Part shown: piece after piece, positions 18,375 to 28,701 of the stretch
Numbering within the stretch: the first letter of the stretch is position 1
Layout: every line of letters starts with the position of its first letter
NCBI GenBank assembly: GCA_029858565.1
Contig: JAOUEV010000015.1
Location: forward strand, 1 to 56,282
Length of the DNA stretch: 56,282 nucleotides
DNA from: Nitrospirota bacterium
Lineage (GTDB): Bacteria > Nitrospirota > UBA9217
Direction of reading: 5' to 3'
Translations under genes and position numbers: made by a program
Notes under the pieces: generated by a model
The model's input: the letters and a program-made list of their open reading frames with translations, nothing else
Told to the model about the DNA's origin: nothing
The model's database searches: none

Positions 18375-19310
18375 ATGAACGTTCGACCGACCATCATTGC
18401 CGCGCTCCAGGCGGCGGGACTGTCCCTTGCCGGTTTTCTTATTCCCGTTCTTGGGCAGATAGCAGTTCTGTTCGTTCCTGTCCCGCTGATCACGGCCACG
18501 GTCCTCCATGGACGCAGGGCAGGCGTATCCGCTATGGTCATAGCCGCGGCACTGGTGGCAGTGATCGTTTCCCTCCATGCCGCTGTTGTCCTTTTCGTGC
18601 TCGCCCTCGGCTGCATGGCCCTTGCCATCGCAGGCGGGATGCTCAGGAACCTGCGCCACGAGACCATCGTGCTCCTGGGCGGACTGGTACCGCTTGTGCT
18701 CCTTGTGATCGTTCTGGCACCGGTGTTCATGGAAGCGGGAAAACCACCTGTTGCGGTCGCAGAGGAGTATCTCCGGACAAGCCTGGCGGAATCCCGCGAA
18801 CTGTACACCAAGATGGGGCTCACCGAGATCGTGCAGTCCCTTGATTCCTTTGGCGAGAACGTCATCTTTTACGCCGCGCGGCTCATCCCCGGGATCATCA
18901 TCACCACCACCCTGATGCAGGCCCTGTTCTGCTACGGCATCGCACGTGCGATCGTACTCCGAAGGCGTCCGGACCTGCCCCTTGCAGCCCGGCCTCCGCT
19001 GGCCTTGTGGCACCTTCCTGACCAGTGGGTATGGGGCCTGATCATCACCCTGCTCTTAGTGGCACTTCCCGATCCCGCGGCACGATTCACCGGACTGAAC
19101 CTGCTCTGCCTCTGCCTTCTCGCGTACACGGTCCAGGGCACCGCGCTGGTGGACCATTTCCTGCGCAAGGTCCGGATCCCGACGCTCATGCGGAGCGTTC
19201 TGCACGCCATCATCCTGACACTCCCCTCGGTCGTAGCAGTCATCGCGCTCGGGGTCGTGGACATATGGGCTGATTTCCGCAAAGTCAGAACGCCTTTGGT
19301 AAAAAGTTGA
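18375..19310 (+). CDS. DUF2232 (YybS-like) membrane protein
   Basis: Multi-TM protein with PVPL, W.LPDQWVWGLI, QGTALV..F and LGVVDIWADFRK; usual position after rpsR. Confidence 0.85.
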   Translation: MNVRPTIIAALQAAGLSLAGFLIPVLGQIAVLFVPVPLITATVLHGRRAGVSAMVIAAALVAVIVSLHAAVVLFVLALGCMALAIAGGMLRNLRHETIVLLGGLVPLVLLVIVLAPVFMEAGKPPVAVAEEYLRTSLAESRELYTKMGLTEIVQSLDSFGENVIFYAARLIPGIIITTTLMQALFCYGIARAIVLRRRPDLPLAARPPLALWHLPDQWVWGLIITLLLVALPDPAARFTGLNLLCLCLLAYTVQGTALVDHFLRKVRIPTLMRSVLHAIILTLPSVVAVIALGVVDIWADFRKVRTPLVKS

Positions 19311-19498
19311 AAACCACCGCATAAGGTCCTTTTCGCGCCTTCACTCCTGGCCATGCGTTTTGTGTCATATATCTTCTCCGCGTGCTTTAATTCTCTGCGC
19401 GAAGCAGACCCTTGTCATTGTTGTTTCCCCACATTCTTTCTTTTTCCTTTTGCCCCGTCCGAATTCTGGTATAATGCACCGCAAGGCGGGGGCACTCC

Positions 19499-19780
19499 AT
19501 GCGACTGACAAAAGACATGATCCAGCATATTTCCGAGGCCATTGCGACGAACCTTGTTTCCAAGCATGTCGCGACAATGAACACCGCCCGTCCGGAGCTC
19601 GTCGCCAGGATCGCCGAGACCATCACGGCAGATCTCCTGGCAGAGGACAAGCTGAACAAGGAAGTGGAAAAGTTGCTCTCCGCCCATGAAGCGGAGATAT
19701 CCAGGGGCGGCATGGACTATCGCAAGGTCTTTGAACTGACCAAGCAGAAGCTCGCAAAGGAACGGGGTATCGTACTATGA
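19499..19780 (+). CDS. DUF507 family protein
   Basis: MRLTKDMIQHIS...EDKLNKEVEKLL...DYRKVFELTKQKLAKERGIVL; extended -10 TGGTATAAT upstream. Confidence 0.8.
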   Translation: MRLTKDMIQHISEAIATNLVSKHVATMNTARPELVARIAETITADLLAEDKLNKEVEKLLSAHEAEISRGGMDYRKVFELTKQKLAKERGIVL

Positions 19781-20055
19781 GGCTTTCTGAAGACCGGATA
19801 TCCCATATCTCCCACCTGGTCCAGGACGCGATCATCAAGACCAAGCTCATCACCTCCACCCACGGCGATGACAAGGTGCTGCGGGAGATCAAGCACACCA
19901 TCACCGATGAGCTCAAGTTCGACGACGAGGTGGACACCCTGGTCCGCCGCACGATCCAGTCCCTTTCCCGCCGGGTCCCGGAAGGCAGTCCTGAATGGGA
20001 AGTGCTGTACCGGAAATACCGGGAGGAAGAGCTCCGGAGGAAGAACAAGCTTTGA
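19777..20055 (+). CDS. DUF507 family protein (second paralog)
   Basis: MRLSEDRISHISH...VPEGSPEWEVLYRKYREEE; ATGA overlap. Confidence 0.8.
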   Translation: MRLSEDRISHISHLVQDAIIKTKLITSTHGDDKVLREIKHTITDELKFDDEVDTLVRRTIQSLSRRVPEGSPEWEVLYRKYREEELRRKNKL

Positions 20056-22223
20056 GCACGGTCACGGTTACCGGTCTCATTGTGTACTGCGCTGTTGCGG
20101 GCGCTGGACTTTTCATTAACCGGGGCCTGTCCCAGCCCCTCTTTGTCTATCTCTGGCTGGCCGGCTACCTCTACCTTCTGTTCCGCGTTGCCTACGATGC
20201 CTATATTTCCCGGGAGAACTTCCGCCCCTTTCCCCTGATCGTCCTCGGCATCATCCTGCTCAATTTCCTTGTCCAGATCAGCGGGGGCCTTGGTTCCTAC
20301 CTGTGGCCGTTCTATTTCCTTTATGCCGTGGTCATAGCCGCGTTCTCGCCGCCCCGACGGACCTATGGCATGATCGCGGTCATGATCGCAATCGAATCGG
20401 CCAATCTGCTCCAGACCCTGTCCCGTGCCGATCTATCCGCCCGCTGGCACGTCTACGCCGGTTTCGGCCTGACGCTTGCCGGAGTCTCTGCAGTTGCTTC
20501 CCATATCATGCAGCGGTCCCGCCAGGAAGTCGTACAGGTCCGCGACGCCCATGACCGGATGCTGGCGCAAGCTGAATCGCTCGATCCCCTCACCCAGCCG
20601 GCACGTCTCGAATCCCTTGCGCCGGAAAACCGGACGGCATCCCATCTGCGGACCGTTCGTTTGCGGCAGAACGACTTCAACAGTCTTATCGACATGATCT
20701 TCGGGTTCGTTCCCGCGCACACCTACGCACTTTTCCTGCGGGAGCCCCGCGAAGGAGATTCTTTCGCGCTGCAGGCGATCCGGTCCGAGAGCGGCAGCGC
20801 TGTCCTTCCGGTCGGGACGGTCCTGGACCCGCAAAAGAGAGGCCTCATCGATGTCTGCGCCGAGCAGCGTCAGCCGCAATACCTCTCCGATCTCGCCGCC
20901 ATGAGCATGCCCCTGCATACCCTGGGCTACTACCGGGAGGATCTCCGTGAGTTCGCGGTTCGATCGTACCTTGTGCTTCCTATCGTAAAGGACGGACGGA
21001 CCATCGCGGTGCTTGCCGTGGACAGCCGGGAGCCCGGCGCCTTTTCCCTGGAGACCCAGGACATGCTGGAAAAGTTCGCCCCTTTTTTCCTCCAGATCAT
21101 CGACAACATCGACATGTCCCTCCTGCTCAAGACCCGTGCGGACCATTTCGGCGTCCTGCATGTAATGAGCACGGAACTGAGCAAAAGCCTTTGGTTCGGC
21201 GACACAATGCGTGCGATCATCCCGCAGCTTCGCGGCATCGTGCCCTTCGATCTCTGCGCCTGCGTGCTGGCAGGAGAGCAGGATGGCGGACAGACGCTCA
21301 CGCTGGCCGCCCTGTCGGGATACGACGCAACGCTCCTGGGATCATCATTCCCGCTGAGCGACAGCACGGTCGTCGGCAGCATGTGGAAGCACTGGCAGAG
21401 CCAGAACGACCAGAAGAACCTTGCCTACTATTCCGCGGACCTCGGGGACCGGGGACGCGAAATATCCTTGTTCCCCTTCAAGGAGCTTCAAAAACCGATC
21501 CGGTCGCTCTACGGACGCCTCCTTGTCGCCAAGGACCCTCTGCGGGCGGAATCCTACATCCTCCGGGGCGCCGTATTCCTTGCGTCGTTCCGCCCGAACG
21601 CGTTCACCGAGTACCACCGTGAAATCCTGCTGGACACGCTGATGAACCAGGTCTCCCAGGTTGCGCACAACTCCCTGCTCTATCAACAGATCGAGAACAT
21701 GGCCCGCACCGACGGATTGACCGGTCTGCTGAACCACCGGACCTTCATGGAGAAGCTGCAGGAAAAGAAACGCGAAATGGAACGGCGGCCCCACCCCTTC
21801 TCGATCCTGCTGATGGACATCGACAAGTTCAAGAACGTCAACGACACCTATGGGCACCCCGTAGGCGATCTGGCCATCAAGGCCGTGGCACGGGTGCTTC
21901 GCGAGACGGTCAGGACCACGGACTTCGTTGCCCGGTACGGCGGCGAGGAGTTCGCCGTCGGCATGATCGAGACCGACATCAAGGGCGCAGAATTGATGGC
22001 CGAGCGGGTGCGCAAGATCATGGAGCAGACCGTTGCAGCGCGCATCCCAGGAGGAGAGCTCAAGGTCACGCTCAGCATCGGCGTAGCTTCATTCCCCGAG
22101 GACACGAAGAACACAGCAGACCTGGTGTCCATGGCCGATGAAGCGCTCTATCACGCGAAACGCTCCGGCCGGAATCGTGTCTGTCTCCATCGCGACGCAG
22201 CGAAAACGCCTTCCAATTCCTGA
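20052..22223 (+). CDS. Membrane-anchored diguanylate cyclase (TM region + two GAF + GGDEF)
   Basis: N-terminal TMs, two GAF-like regions, DGLTGLLNHR, DIDKFKNVNDTYGHPVGD, RTTD I-site, ARYGGEEF. TTG start overlaps the DUF507 stop. Confidence 0.92.
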   Translation: MSTVTVTGLIVYCAVAGAGLFINRGLSQPLFVYLWLAGYLYLLFRVAYDAYISRENFRPFPLIVLGIILLNFLVQISGGLGSYLWPFYFLYAVVIAAFSPPRRTYGMIAVMIAIESANLLQTLSRADLSARWHVYAGFGLTLAGVSAVASHIMQRSRQEVVQVRDAHDRMLAQAESLDPLTQPARLESLAPENRTASHLRTVRLRQNDFNSLIDMIFGFVPAHTYALFLREPREGDSFALQAIRSESGSAVLPVGTVLDPQKRGLIDVCAEQRQPQYLSDLAAMSMPLHTLGYYREDLREFAVRSYLVLPIVKDGRTIAVLAVDSREPGAFSLETQDMLEKFAPFFLQIIDNIDMSLLLKTRADHFGVLHVMSTELSKSLWFGDTMRAIIPQLRGIVPFDLCACVLAGEQDGGQTLTLAALSGYDATLLGSSFPLSDSTVVGSMWKHWQSQNDQKNLAYYSADLGDRGREISLFPFKELQKPIRSLYGRLLVAKDPLRAESYILRGAVFLASFRPNAFTEYHREILLDTLMNQVSQVAHNSLLYQQIENMARTDGLTGLLNHRTFMEKLQEKKREMERRPHPFSILLMDIDKFKNVNDTYGHPVGDLAIKAVARVLRETVRTTDFVARYGGEEFAVGMIETDIKGAELMAERVRKIMEQTVAARIPGGELKVTLSIGVASFPEDTKNTADLVSMADEALYHAKRSGRNRVCLHRDAAKTPSNS

Positions 22224-22330
22224 TCTCAAGGGCAATAAAGCGATATGCCCGTCGGACCAACCGGAGAAGAGCACTTTTCAATGACCTGCTTTTCTCCGCG
22301 CCTCGGCGGCAAATAGCCAAGAGTCTGCCA

Positions 22331-22445
22331 TTGACGCTCCCTGCAGCAAGCTGCAGGGAATCTAGATCCTCAAGGTGGGCTCATTATCCTATTCGCTCGC
22401 TAACCCCGCAGCAAGCTACGGGGAATGCGCTCGCTGCTGGATTCA
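22331..22445. mobile_element. Non-autonomous palindromic element (REP/IS200-IS605-end-like MITE)
   Basis: Two related palindromes TCCCTGCAGC-AA-GCTGCAGGGA (22338-22359) and CCCCGCAGC-AA-GCTACGGGG (22404-22423), each followed by AAT; a degenerate third copy at 39991-40016. Confidence 0.55.
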
Positions 22446-22474
22446 ACCTTTATCGCCCCTCCGGGTCTCATCCA

Positions 22475-23047
22475 ATGAAGAACGGCACCCTTATGGAAGA
22501 GGACATCAACCTGCTAGACCGGTTCGCCGCCGGCGACCGTGAGGCGTTCAACGACCTCGTCCGGAAGTATCAGAAACCGTTATATTCCCTGCTGTTCCGG
22601 ATGGTCAGCGACCACGATGACGCCGCGGACCTTCTCCAGAAGACCCTGGTGAAGGCATTCACGGGCGCGGGGGGATTCGAGCGCCGTTCGAGCTTCAAGA
22701 CCTGGCTTTATCAGATCGCCATCAACCTGGCAAAGAACCTGTATCGCGACCGCGCGCGGCTGGCCCAGGTGCCGATCGATGATGTGGTGATCAGCCGGGA
22801 CCCCGGGACCGTGGACGCGCTCATCAGAAAGCAGGCCCGGCAGCGGCTGCACCAGGCAATGGTGGACCTGCCGGAAAAACAGCGGCTCACGGTTATGCTT
22901 CGGGTTCAGCAGCAGAAGTCCTTTGCAGAGATCTCGGCAATCCTGGGCTGTTCGCTGGGGACCGCAAAAGCCAATTATCACCACGGGGTCCGGAAATTGA
23001 AGGTCTCGCTGGCGGACGCTGTCGCGGTTCCTGAAAAAGAGGAGTGA
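22475..23047 (+). CDS. ECF sigma factor
   Basis: GDREAFNDLVRKYQ, FERRSSFKTWLYQIAIN (region 2), LPEKQR...SFAEISAILGCSLGTAK (region 4). The track's longer N-terminus reads through the repeat element. Confidence 0.92.
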   Translation: MKNGTLMEEDINLLDRFAAGDREAFNDLVRKYQKPLYSLLFRMVSDHDDAADLLQKTLVKAFTGAGGFERRSSFKTWLYQIAINLAKNLYRDRARLAQVPIDDVVISRDPGTVDALIRKQARQRLHQAMVDLPEKQRLTVMLRVQQQKSFAEISAILGCSLGTAKANYHHGVRKLKVSLADAVAVPEKEE

Positions 23048-23051
23048 TCCC

Positions 23052-23672
23052 ATGACCTGCACAAATACCCACCTACGGGAAATGCTGCCGTCCTTCCTTG
23101 AAGGATCTCTTGACGCAGAAGGGATGGCGCTGGTCCGCGGTCATATCGCCCGTTGCAGCGAATGTTCCGATGAGCTGGAACTGCTCGGGATGATGTCGGA
23201 TGAGCAGGTCCCGGACCCGGGTGAGGCCTTCTGGGCAGCCCTCCCCGACCGGGTCTACCGTGAAACACAGCGCACCCTCGCGGAGAAGCGGACCCGCAGC
23301 GGCTGGCTGCGGGAATGGTGGTCCGGTATGCCGGTCCGCGGAGCGATCGCTTTTGCCATGATCGTGCTCGTTTCCCTGGTCCTGCTGCGACCGGCGCACC
23401 GGATTCAGCCGGAGACAACCGGGAGAATCGGCGATACCACGCTCGAGGATCTCTACGACGGGCCTGCGGCTGTCGCGGACCTGGGACCATCGGATATCAC
23501 CCTGCTCAACGACTGGCTTGAACGGGAGATCACGGTGCTCCGACAGGATCTCGGCCGCACGGCGATCAGCGCCAACGGTTTCGGCCGAACCCTGGATGAG
23601 GACCTGTCGACAATGGACCGCGAGGAGCTTGACGACCTCGTCGCCGAGCTCTCCCGAAAACAGGAGGTATGA
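23052..23672 (+). CDS. Zinc-finger (zf-HC2) anti-sigma factor
   Basis: HIARCSEC (HxxxCxxC) motif, single TM helix, follows the ECF sigma gene. Confidence 0.85.
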   Translation: MTCTNTHLREMLPSFLEGSLDAEGMALVRGHIARCSECSDELELLGMMSDEQVPDPGEAFWAALPDRVYRETQRTLAEKRTRSGWLREWWSGMPVRGAIAFAMIVLVSLVLLRPAHRIQPETTGRIGDTTLEDLYDGPAAVADLGPSDITLLNDWLEREITVLRQDLGRTAISANGFGRTLDEDLSTMDREELDDLVAELSRKQEV

Positions 23673-24292
23673 CCATGAAAAGAAGCACGCAACGGATTCT
23701 CGCGCTCACGGCGGTACTGGCCCTTTCGGCTTCGGCCGTGATGGCGGAGCAGCGCCCGCCCGCGGGCCCGCCGCCGTCCGTGGAAGAGGACCCGGGTCCG
23801 GATTCCGGGCCAGGCGCCCGACAGCGCGAGGAGGCCCGGAAGAAGATCGAGGTGATCAGGATCGCCCGGCTGACCGAGGCGCTCAAACTTGACGAGAAGA
23901 CCGCATCCCGCTTCATCCCGGCGATCACGGCACTGGACCTGAAGCGGCGGTCATCCATGATGGACCATCGCCTGCTCATAATGGAACTGCGGAAACAGCT
24001 CAGGACATCGCCGGTGGACACGGCCAAGCTCAAGGAAACCATCGACCGCTACACCAGCAGCCAGCGGGACATGATGAAGCTCCGCGACAAGGAGCTTGAT
24101 ACGGCCCGGGAGCACCTCACCACGGAGCAGCTTGCCCGCTACTTGCTGTTCCAGCAGGACTTCATGCGCGAGGTCCGGGAGATCATCTCAGGAACGCGCG
24201 GCCACGGTATGGGGATGGGCATAGGCCCTGGTCGCGGTCAGGGCCGCGGTCCAGGCATGAACCGGCAATCGCCCGCCGCGCCCGCAGATTGA
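23669..24292 (+). CDS. Periplasmic Spy/CpxP-like helical protein
   Basis: Signal peptide, helical body, LTTEQ motif, Gly/Met/Arg-rich tail. Confidence 0.65.
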   Translation: MTMKRSTQRILALTAVLALSASAVMAEQRPPAGPPPSVEEDPGPDSGPGARQREEARKKIEVIRIARLTEALKLDEKTASRFIPAITALDLKRRSSMMDHRLLIMELRKQLRTSPVDTAKLKETIDRYTSSQRDMMKLRDKELDTAREHLTTEQLARYLLFQQDFMREVREIISGTRGHGMGMGIGPGRGQGRGPGMNRQSPAAPAD

Positions 24293-24318
24293 CTGTGAAC
24301 GCGAAAAAGTGCTACCCC

Positions 24319-24353
24319 GAAGCCGGGCCAGGCCTCCTGTCCCGGCTTCTTTG
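24319..24353 (+). terminator. Putative intrinsic terminator
   Basis: GAAGCCGGG...CCCGGCTTC stem followed by TTTG. Confidence 0.5.
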
Positions 24354-24424
24354 TCCCCGGTCCCGACATCTGCAGACCTTCAATTCCAGACACTCTCCGC
24401 ACCGGCCGGCCGTCCTCTCGGTTA

Positions 24425-24454
24425 TTGACTTCATTACCGGGAAATCCGTATAAT
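24425..24454 (+). promoter_or_regulatory. Putative sigma70 promoter
   Basis: TTGACT-N18-TATAAT, 42 nt upstream of the YkgJ start. Confidence 0.6.
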
Positions 24455-24496
24455 CCTTCACCGTTCATCACGACAGGAAGAGGACAGCACGGACGC

Positions 24497-25111
24497 ATGA
24501 AAAAGATCATAAGGAACTACTCACGGTTTCTCAAGCTCACATCGGACCAATACGCATCGGCATCGCAGAAGAACAAGGTAAAATGCAAACGGGGCTGCTA
24601 TGAATGCTGCACGGTGGGCTTTTTCGACATCACGCTGCTCGACGCCCTCCACCTCAGGGAAAGCCTGAAACAGGTGCCGCCGCACATCCGGAAGAGGGTT
24701 CTGGACAAGGCGAACGAACAGCTTGACCTGCTGGAAAAAAAGGGCGCCTTCTCACGGGAAGATCCCCTTCTCAAGTCCCTCAAGGCGATCGATTCCATCT
24801 CCCGCCGCTCGGCCAAGATGAGCTGCCCCGCGCTGAACGAGACCGGCGGATGCCTTATCTACGAGCATCGCCCCCATATCTGCAGGATCTTCGGCCCCAC
24901 GATCCGCGGCAAGCGACGGGCAGTGCATCTTGAAGGATGCGGGTATTTCACCCGGGACATTCCCGAAGCAGACTTCCCGATCCTGAGCAACTATAAGGAT
25001 GAGGAGGTCCTTCTCAAGGCCATGTTCACCAAGGCCGGAAAGAAGCGCAAGCGGGAGGTGGACACCATCATCCCGGCCGCTTTGACGCTCGACCTGAAGA
25101 AGTGGCTGTAG
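24497..25111 (+). CDS. YkgJ family cysteine-cluster (zinc/iron-chelating) protein
   Basis: CKRGCYECC and CPAL...GCLIYEHRPHICR motifs. Confidence 0.88.
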   Translation: MKKIIRNYSRFLKLTSDQYASASQKNKVKCKRGCYECCTVGFFDITLLDALHLRESLKQVPPHIRKRVLDKANEQLDLLEKKGAFSREDPLLKSLKAIDSISRRSAKMSCPALNETGGCLIYEHRPHICRIFGPTIRGKRRAVHLEGCGYFTRDIPEADFPILSNYKDEEVLLKAMFTKAGKKRKREVDTIIPAALTLDLKKWL

Positions 25112-25668
25112 TTCACCCCATGGAGATCGTCGATAAAATCGTCCGCTGGCAAGGCACGTTCATGCGTGCCGTCGAGATACACTACCGGGACGCTCATGGA
25201 GCGATGCGGACCTGGGAGGCGGTCGAGCGGGTCGGCATCGGCGGCATTGTCGTCATGGTCGCCGTGACTCCGGACGGCTCGGTGCTCCTGGAAAAACAGT
25301 TCCGGCCTCCACTCGGCCGGGATGTCATAGAACTGCCCGCCGGACTCGTGGATCCCGGCGAGACCATGGAAGCCGCGGCACTTCGGGAATTGATCGAGGA
25401 AACAGGATGGTCGGCGCGTGAGATACGGTTCCTGGCCGAGGGTCCGGTCTCATCGGGCGCATCGGCCGAGGTCCTGCGCTCCTATCTCTGCACCGGCCTC
25501 GAACAGATCGGAAAACAGGGCGGTGACGATAACGAGATCATCGAGGTCATCCAGCAGCCGCTGCAATCGGTCCATGACTATCTCATGAGCGAGCAGCGGT
25601 CCGGGACACTCGTCGATCTCAAGGTATACGGACTCCTGGAGCTTGCTCGAAAGATCCTTGCCCGGTGA
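25102..25668 (+). CDS. Nudix hydrolase (ADP-ribose pyrophosphatase-like)
   Basis: QFRPP..IELPAGLVDPGETMEAAALRELIEETG Nudix box. Confidence 0.9.
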   Translation: MAVVHPMEIVDKIVRWQGTFMRAVEIHYRDAHGAMRTWEAVERVGIGGIVVMVAVTPDGSVLLEKQFRPPLGRDVIELPAGLVDPGETMEAAALRELIEETGWSAREIRFLAEGPVSSGASAEVLRSYLCTGLEQIGKQGGDDNEIIEVIQQPLQSVHDYLMSEQRSGTLVDLKVYGLLELARKILAR

Positions 25669-25807
25669 CCCGAACATGCCCGGACCGAAGGTCCGCCCGG
25701 GTCATCCCGGTCACCATGGTCCTCTTCCCCACACCTGCCTGTGTTGAAAAAACGGGCCGCATCTGCTATTCTTTTACGAGATAATTGCTTCAGAATCGGG
25801 GTCTTGC

Positions 25808-27526
25808 ATGAACAACGGTCTTCAGGATTTTATCACGGAACCCATGATCGCCTATTTCTCCATGGAGATCGGGGTAAAGAACGATATTCCCACCTATAGC
25901 GGCGGCCTGGGCATTCTGGCGGGCGACACTATCAAATCAGCGGCTGATCTCAAGCTCCCCATGGTCGCAGTGACCCTGATCAGCCGCAAAGGCTACTTTA
26001 CCCAGGAGATCGATGAACGGGGATGGCAGCGGGAAAAGCCCGTTGCCTGGGACCCGTCACAACACATGCAACTGCTGCCCACCCGGGTCAAGGTCCAGAT
26101 CGAGGGCCGTGACGTCCAGGTCCAGGCGTGGGTCTATCTGGTGAAAAGTCCCACCGGCGGCAGGATCCCCATCCTGTTCCTGGACACCGATCTCGCGGAG
26201 AACACGTCCGCCGACCGGGGGATCACCGACCATCTCTACGGCGGTGACAGCGCCTACCGGATCAAGCAGGAGGTCGTTCTCGGCATGGGCGGCGTCCGCA
26301 TGCTCCATGCGCTGGATTTTCACATCAAGAAGTATCATATGAACGAAGGCCACGCGAGCTTCCTTTCCCTGGAACTGCTGCTTCACTTCAAACGGGACAT
26401 CGAAAGCGTCTGGGACGAACGATCCATCTGGGACATTGCCCGGGTCCGGGATCTCTGCGTATTCACGACACACACGCCGGTCGAGGCGGGCCATGACAAA
26501 TTCCCCTACCCGCTGGTCAAGCAGGTCCTCGGGGAGATCATCCCTTTTGATGTCCTCAAGGACCTTGCAGGCAAGGACAGCCTGAACATGACGCTCCTTG
26601 CTCTCAATCTGAGCAAATATATAAACGGCGTCGCGAAGAAACACGGCGAGGTCTCCCAGCACATGTTCCCGGGGTACCACATCAACGCCATTACGAACGG
26701 CGTCCACACCTTCACCTGGACCTGTCCCGAGATCGCCGCATTGTTCAACAAATACATCCCGGGATGGGCCAACGAACCAGAGCTTTTTGTCCGGTCCGGC
26801 AATATCCCGGAGCTGGAGCTCTGGGAAGCGCACCGGGAGGCCAAGCGCAAGCTGCTCGATTACGTGAAGGAGACCACCGGGGTGTCGCTGGACCTGAATG
26901 TGCTCACGATCGGATTCGCGCGCCGCGCAACAGCGTACAAACGGCCGCATCTGCTGTTCCATGATCTGGACCGGCTCCGCGCCATAGCCCGGACAGGAAA
27001 GGTCCAGGTCATATACGCGGGCAAGGCTCACCCGCATGACGACAACGGGAAAAAGCTGATCCAGGGCATCTATGGCTATGGCGAGAAGCTGAGCGATACG
27101 CTGCCCATCGTGTTCCTTCCCGGGTATAACATGGACACGGCACTCAAGCTGGTTTCCGGCGTCGACGTGTGGCTCAACACTCCCCTCCGGCCGCTGGAAG
27201 CGTCGGGCACGAGCGGCATGAAGGCAGCGCATAACGGAGTGGTCAATTTCAGCGTCCTGGACGGATGGTGGATCGAGGGCCACATCGAGGGGTTCACCGG
27301 CTGGTCCATCGGCTGCCAGTCATCGGCCAAGGACCTGTCGGTCACCGATGCCGAGGACGCGGCGGATCTCTATGACAAACTGCAGAATACCATAATCCCC
27401 AAGTACTACAGCGCGGACAAGTCCCCCTGGACCCGCATGATGAAGAACGCGATCAGCAAGAACGCCTATTACTTTAACAGCCATCGCATGATGAGACGCT
27501 ACGTTACCGAAGCGTACATCCGATAA
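25808..27526 (+). CDS. glgP: Alpha-glucan (glycogen) phosphorylase, short form
   Basis: YFSMEIG..YSGGLGILAGD, HMNEGH, FTTHTPV, GKAHP, PLP site EASGTSGMKAA. Promoter-like TTGAAA-N17-TATTCT at 25744-25772. Confidence 0.95.
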   Translation: MNNGLQDFITEPMIAYFSMEIGVKNDIPTYSGGLGILAGDTIKSAADLKLPMVAVTLISRKGYFTQEIDERGWQREKPVAWDPSQHMQLLPTRVKVQIEGRDVQVQAWVYLVKSPTGGRIPILFLDTDLAENTSADRGITDHLYGGDSAYRIKQEVVLGMGGVRMLHALDFHIKKYHMNEGHASFLSLELLLHFKRDIESVWDERSIWDIARVRDLCVFTTHTPVEAGHDKFPYPLVKQVLGEIIPFDVLKDLAGKDSLNMTLLALNLSKYINGVAKKHGEVSQHMFPGYHINAITNGVHTFTWTCPEIAALFNKYIPGWANEPELFVRSGNIPELELWEAHREAKRKLLDYVKETTGVSLDLNVLTIGFARRATAYKRPHLLFHDLDRLRAIARTGKVQVIYAGKAHPHDDNGKKLIQGIYGYGEKLSDTLPIVFLPGYNMDTALKLVSGVDVWLNTPLRPLEASGTSGMKAAHNGVVNFSVLDGWWIEGHIEGFTGWSIGCQSSAKDLSVTDAEDAADLYDKLQNTIIPKYYSADKSPWTRMMKNAISKNAYYFNSHRMMRRYVTEAYIR

Positions 27527-27586
27527 CGCTCTCAGGCCACAAGCTGTTAGCTCGGCCGGCCGTAACAACGGGAAAGGCGCTACTGT

Positions 27587-28657
27587 ATGGACAACCCTCG
27601 CAATGCCATTCTGGTAGTTGATGACGATCCCTACGTGCTCGAATCCATTTCGACGCTCCTCCGTGCGTTCGGGTTCAACGTCATCACGAGCAGCAATGCC
27701 AATGACGCCATGCAGAGCATTCAGCGGGAGAAGGTCGACGTGGTACTGACGGACATAAAGATGCCGGGCATCACCGGTGTCGAGCTTCTCGGCATGGCGC
27801 ATCGCTATGATCCTCAGGTCCCGGTGATACTCATGACCGCCTACGCGGAGCTTGATGTGGCCGTCGACGCCATTAAAAAAGGCGCGTTCGATTTCATCAC
27901 CAAACCCTACAACGCCGATTATCTTGTCCATACCATCGAGAAGGCGGTGAAATACGCCGACCTGATCCAGATGGAACGGGACTATAAGAAGGACCTCGAA
28001 GACACGGTCCGCAAGAGAACCCAGGAACTGTCCGACGCCCTGGTCATGGTAAAGAATATGAGCAAGGAGCTCATCAGCCGGCTCACCGTCGTAGCTGAAT
28101 ATCGTGATATGACGACCGGCGAGCACATCTCACGCATCGGCCTTTACTCCAACAAGATTGCCGAGGAGCTCTCCATGCCGTCGGATTTCATTGAGACCCT
28201 CACGTTCGCGAGCTCGATGCACGATCTGGGCAAGATCGGGATTCCTGACCATATCCTGCTGAAACCGGGCCCGCTGACGTCCGAAGAGTACGAGATCATG
28301 AAGACCCATACGACCATGGGTGACAAGATCCTTTCCGGTTCCGGCTATCCTACGATCCAGCTCGCAGCCTCGGTCGCCCTGAACCACCACGAACGCTACG
28401 ATGGCGGAGGATATCCCCGCGGCATCTCGGGAACCCAGATCCCGATCGAGGGAAGGATCGTCATGCTCGCCGACCAGTATGATGCCTTGCGCAGCCCTCG
28501 TCCGTATAAGGACGGCTATTCGCATAAAGAGACGTTCGACATCATCACCAAGGGCGACAGCCGTACCATGCCAAGCCATTTCGATCCTGATATCCTGGAA
28601 GCGTTCCGTCATATTGCCCCCCTGTTCGAGGAGATATACGAACAGCATCGGGGTTAG
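27587..28657 (+). CDS. Response regulator with HD-GYP phosphodiesterase domain (RpfG-like)
   Basis: REC domain, [35 protein letters not shown]. Confidence 0.93.
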   Translation: MDNPRNAILVVDDDPYVLESISTLLRAFGFNVITSSNANDAMQSIQREKVDVVLTDIKMPGITGVELLGMAHRYDPQVPVILMTAYAELDVAVDAIKKGAFDFITKPYNADYLVHTIEKAVKYADLIQMERDYKKDLEDTVRKRTQELSDALVMVKNMSKELISRLTVVAEYRDMTTGEHISRIGLYSNKIAEELSMPSDFIETLTFASSMHDLGKIGIPDHILLKPGPLTSEEYEIMKTHTTMGDKILSGSGYPTIQLAASVALNHHERYDGGGYPRGISGTQIPIEGRIVMLADQYDALRSPRPYKDGYSHKETFDIITKGDSRTMPSHFDPDILEAFRHIAPLFEEIYEQHRG

Positions 28658-28701
28658 CCGGCAGACTGACGAAAGACACCCAAAAAGGTGAACATCCACT
28701 C

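Noticed and set aside
20052-22223. Hypr-type GGDEF making 3',3'-cGAMP
   Set aside because: The specificity Asp in GHPVGD is retained, as in canonical diguanylate cyclases.
22331-22474. N-terminal extension of the ECF sigma factor in the ORF track
   Set aside because: It is a read-through of the palindromic element; sigma homology starts near 22475-22493.
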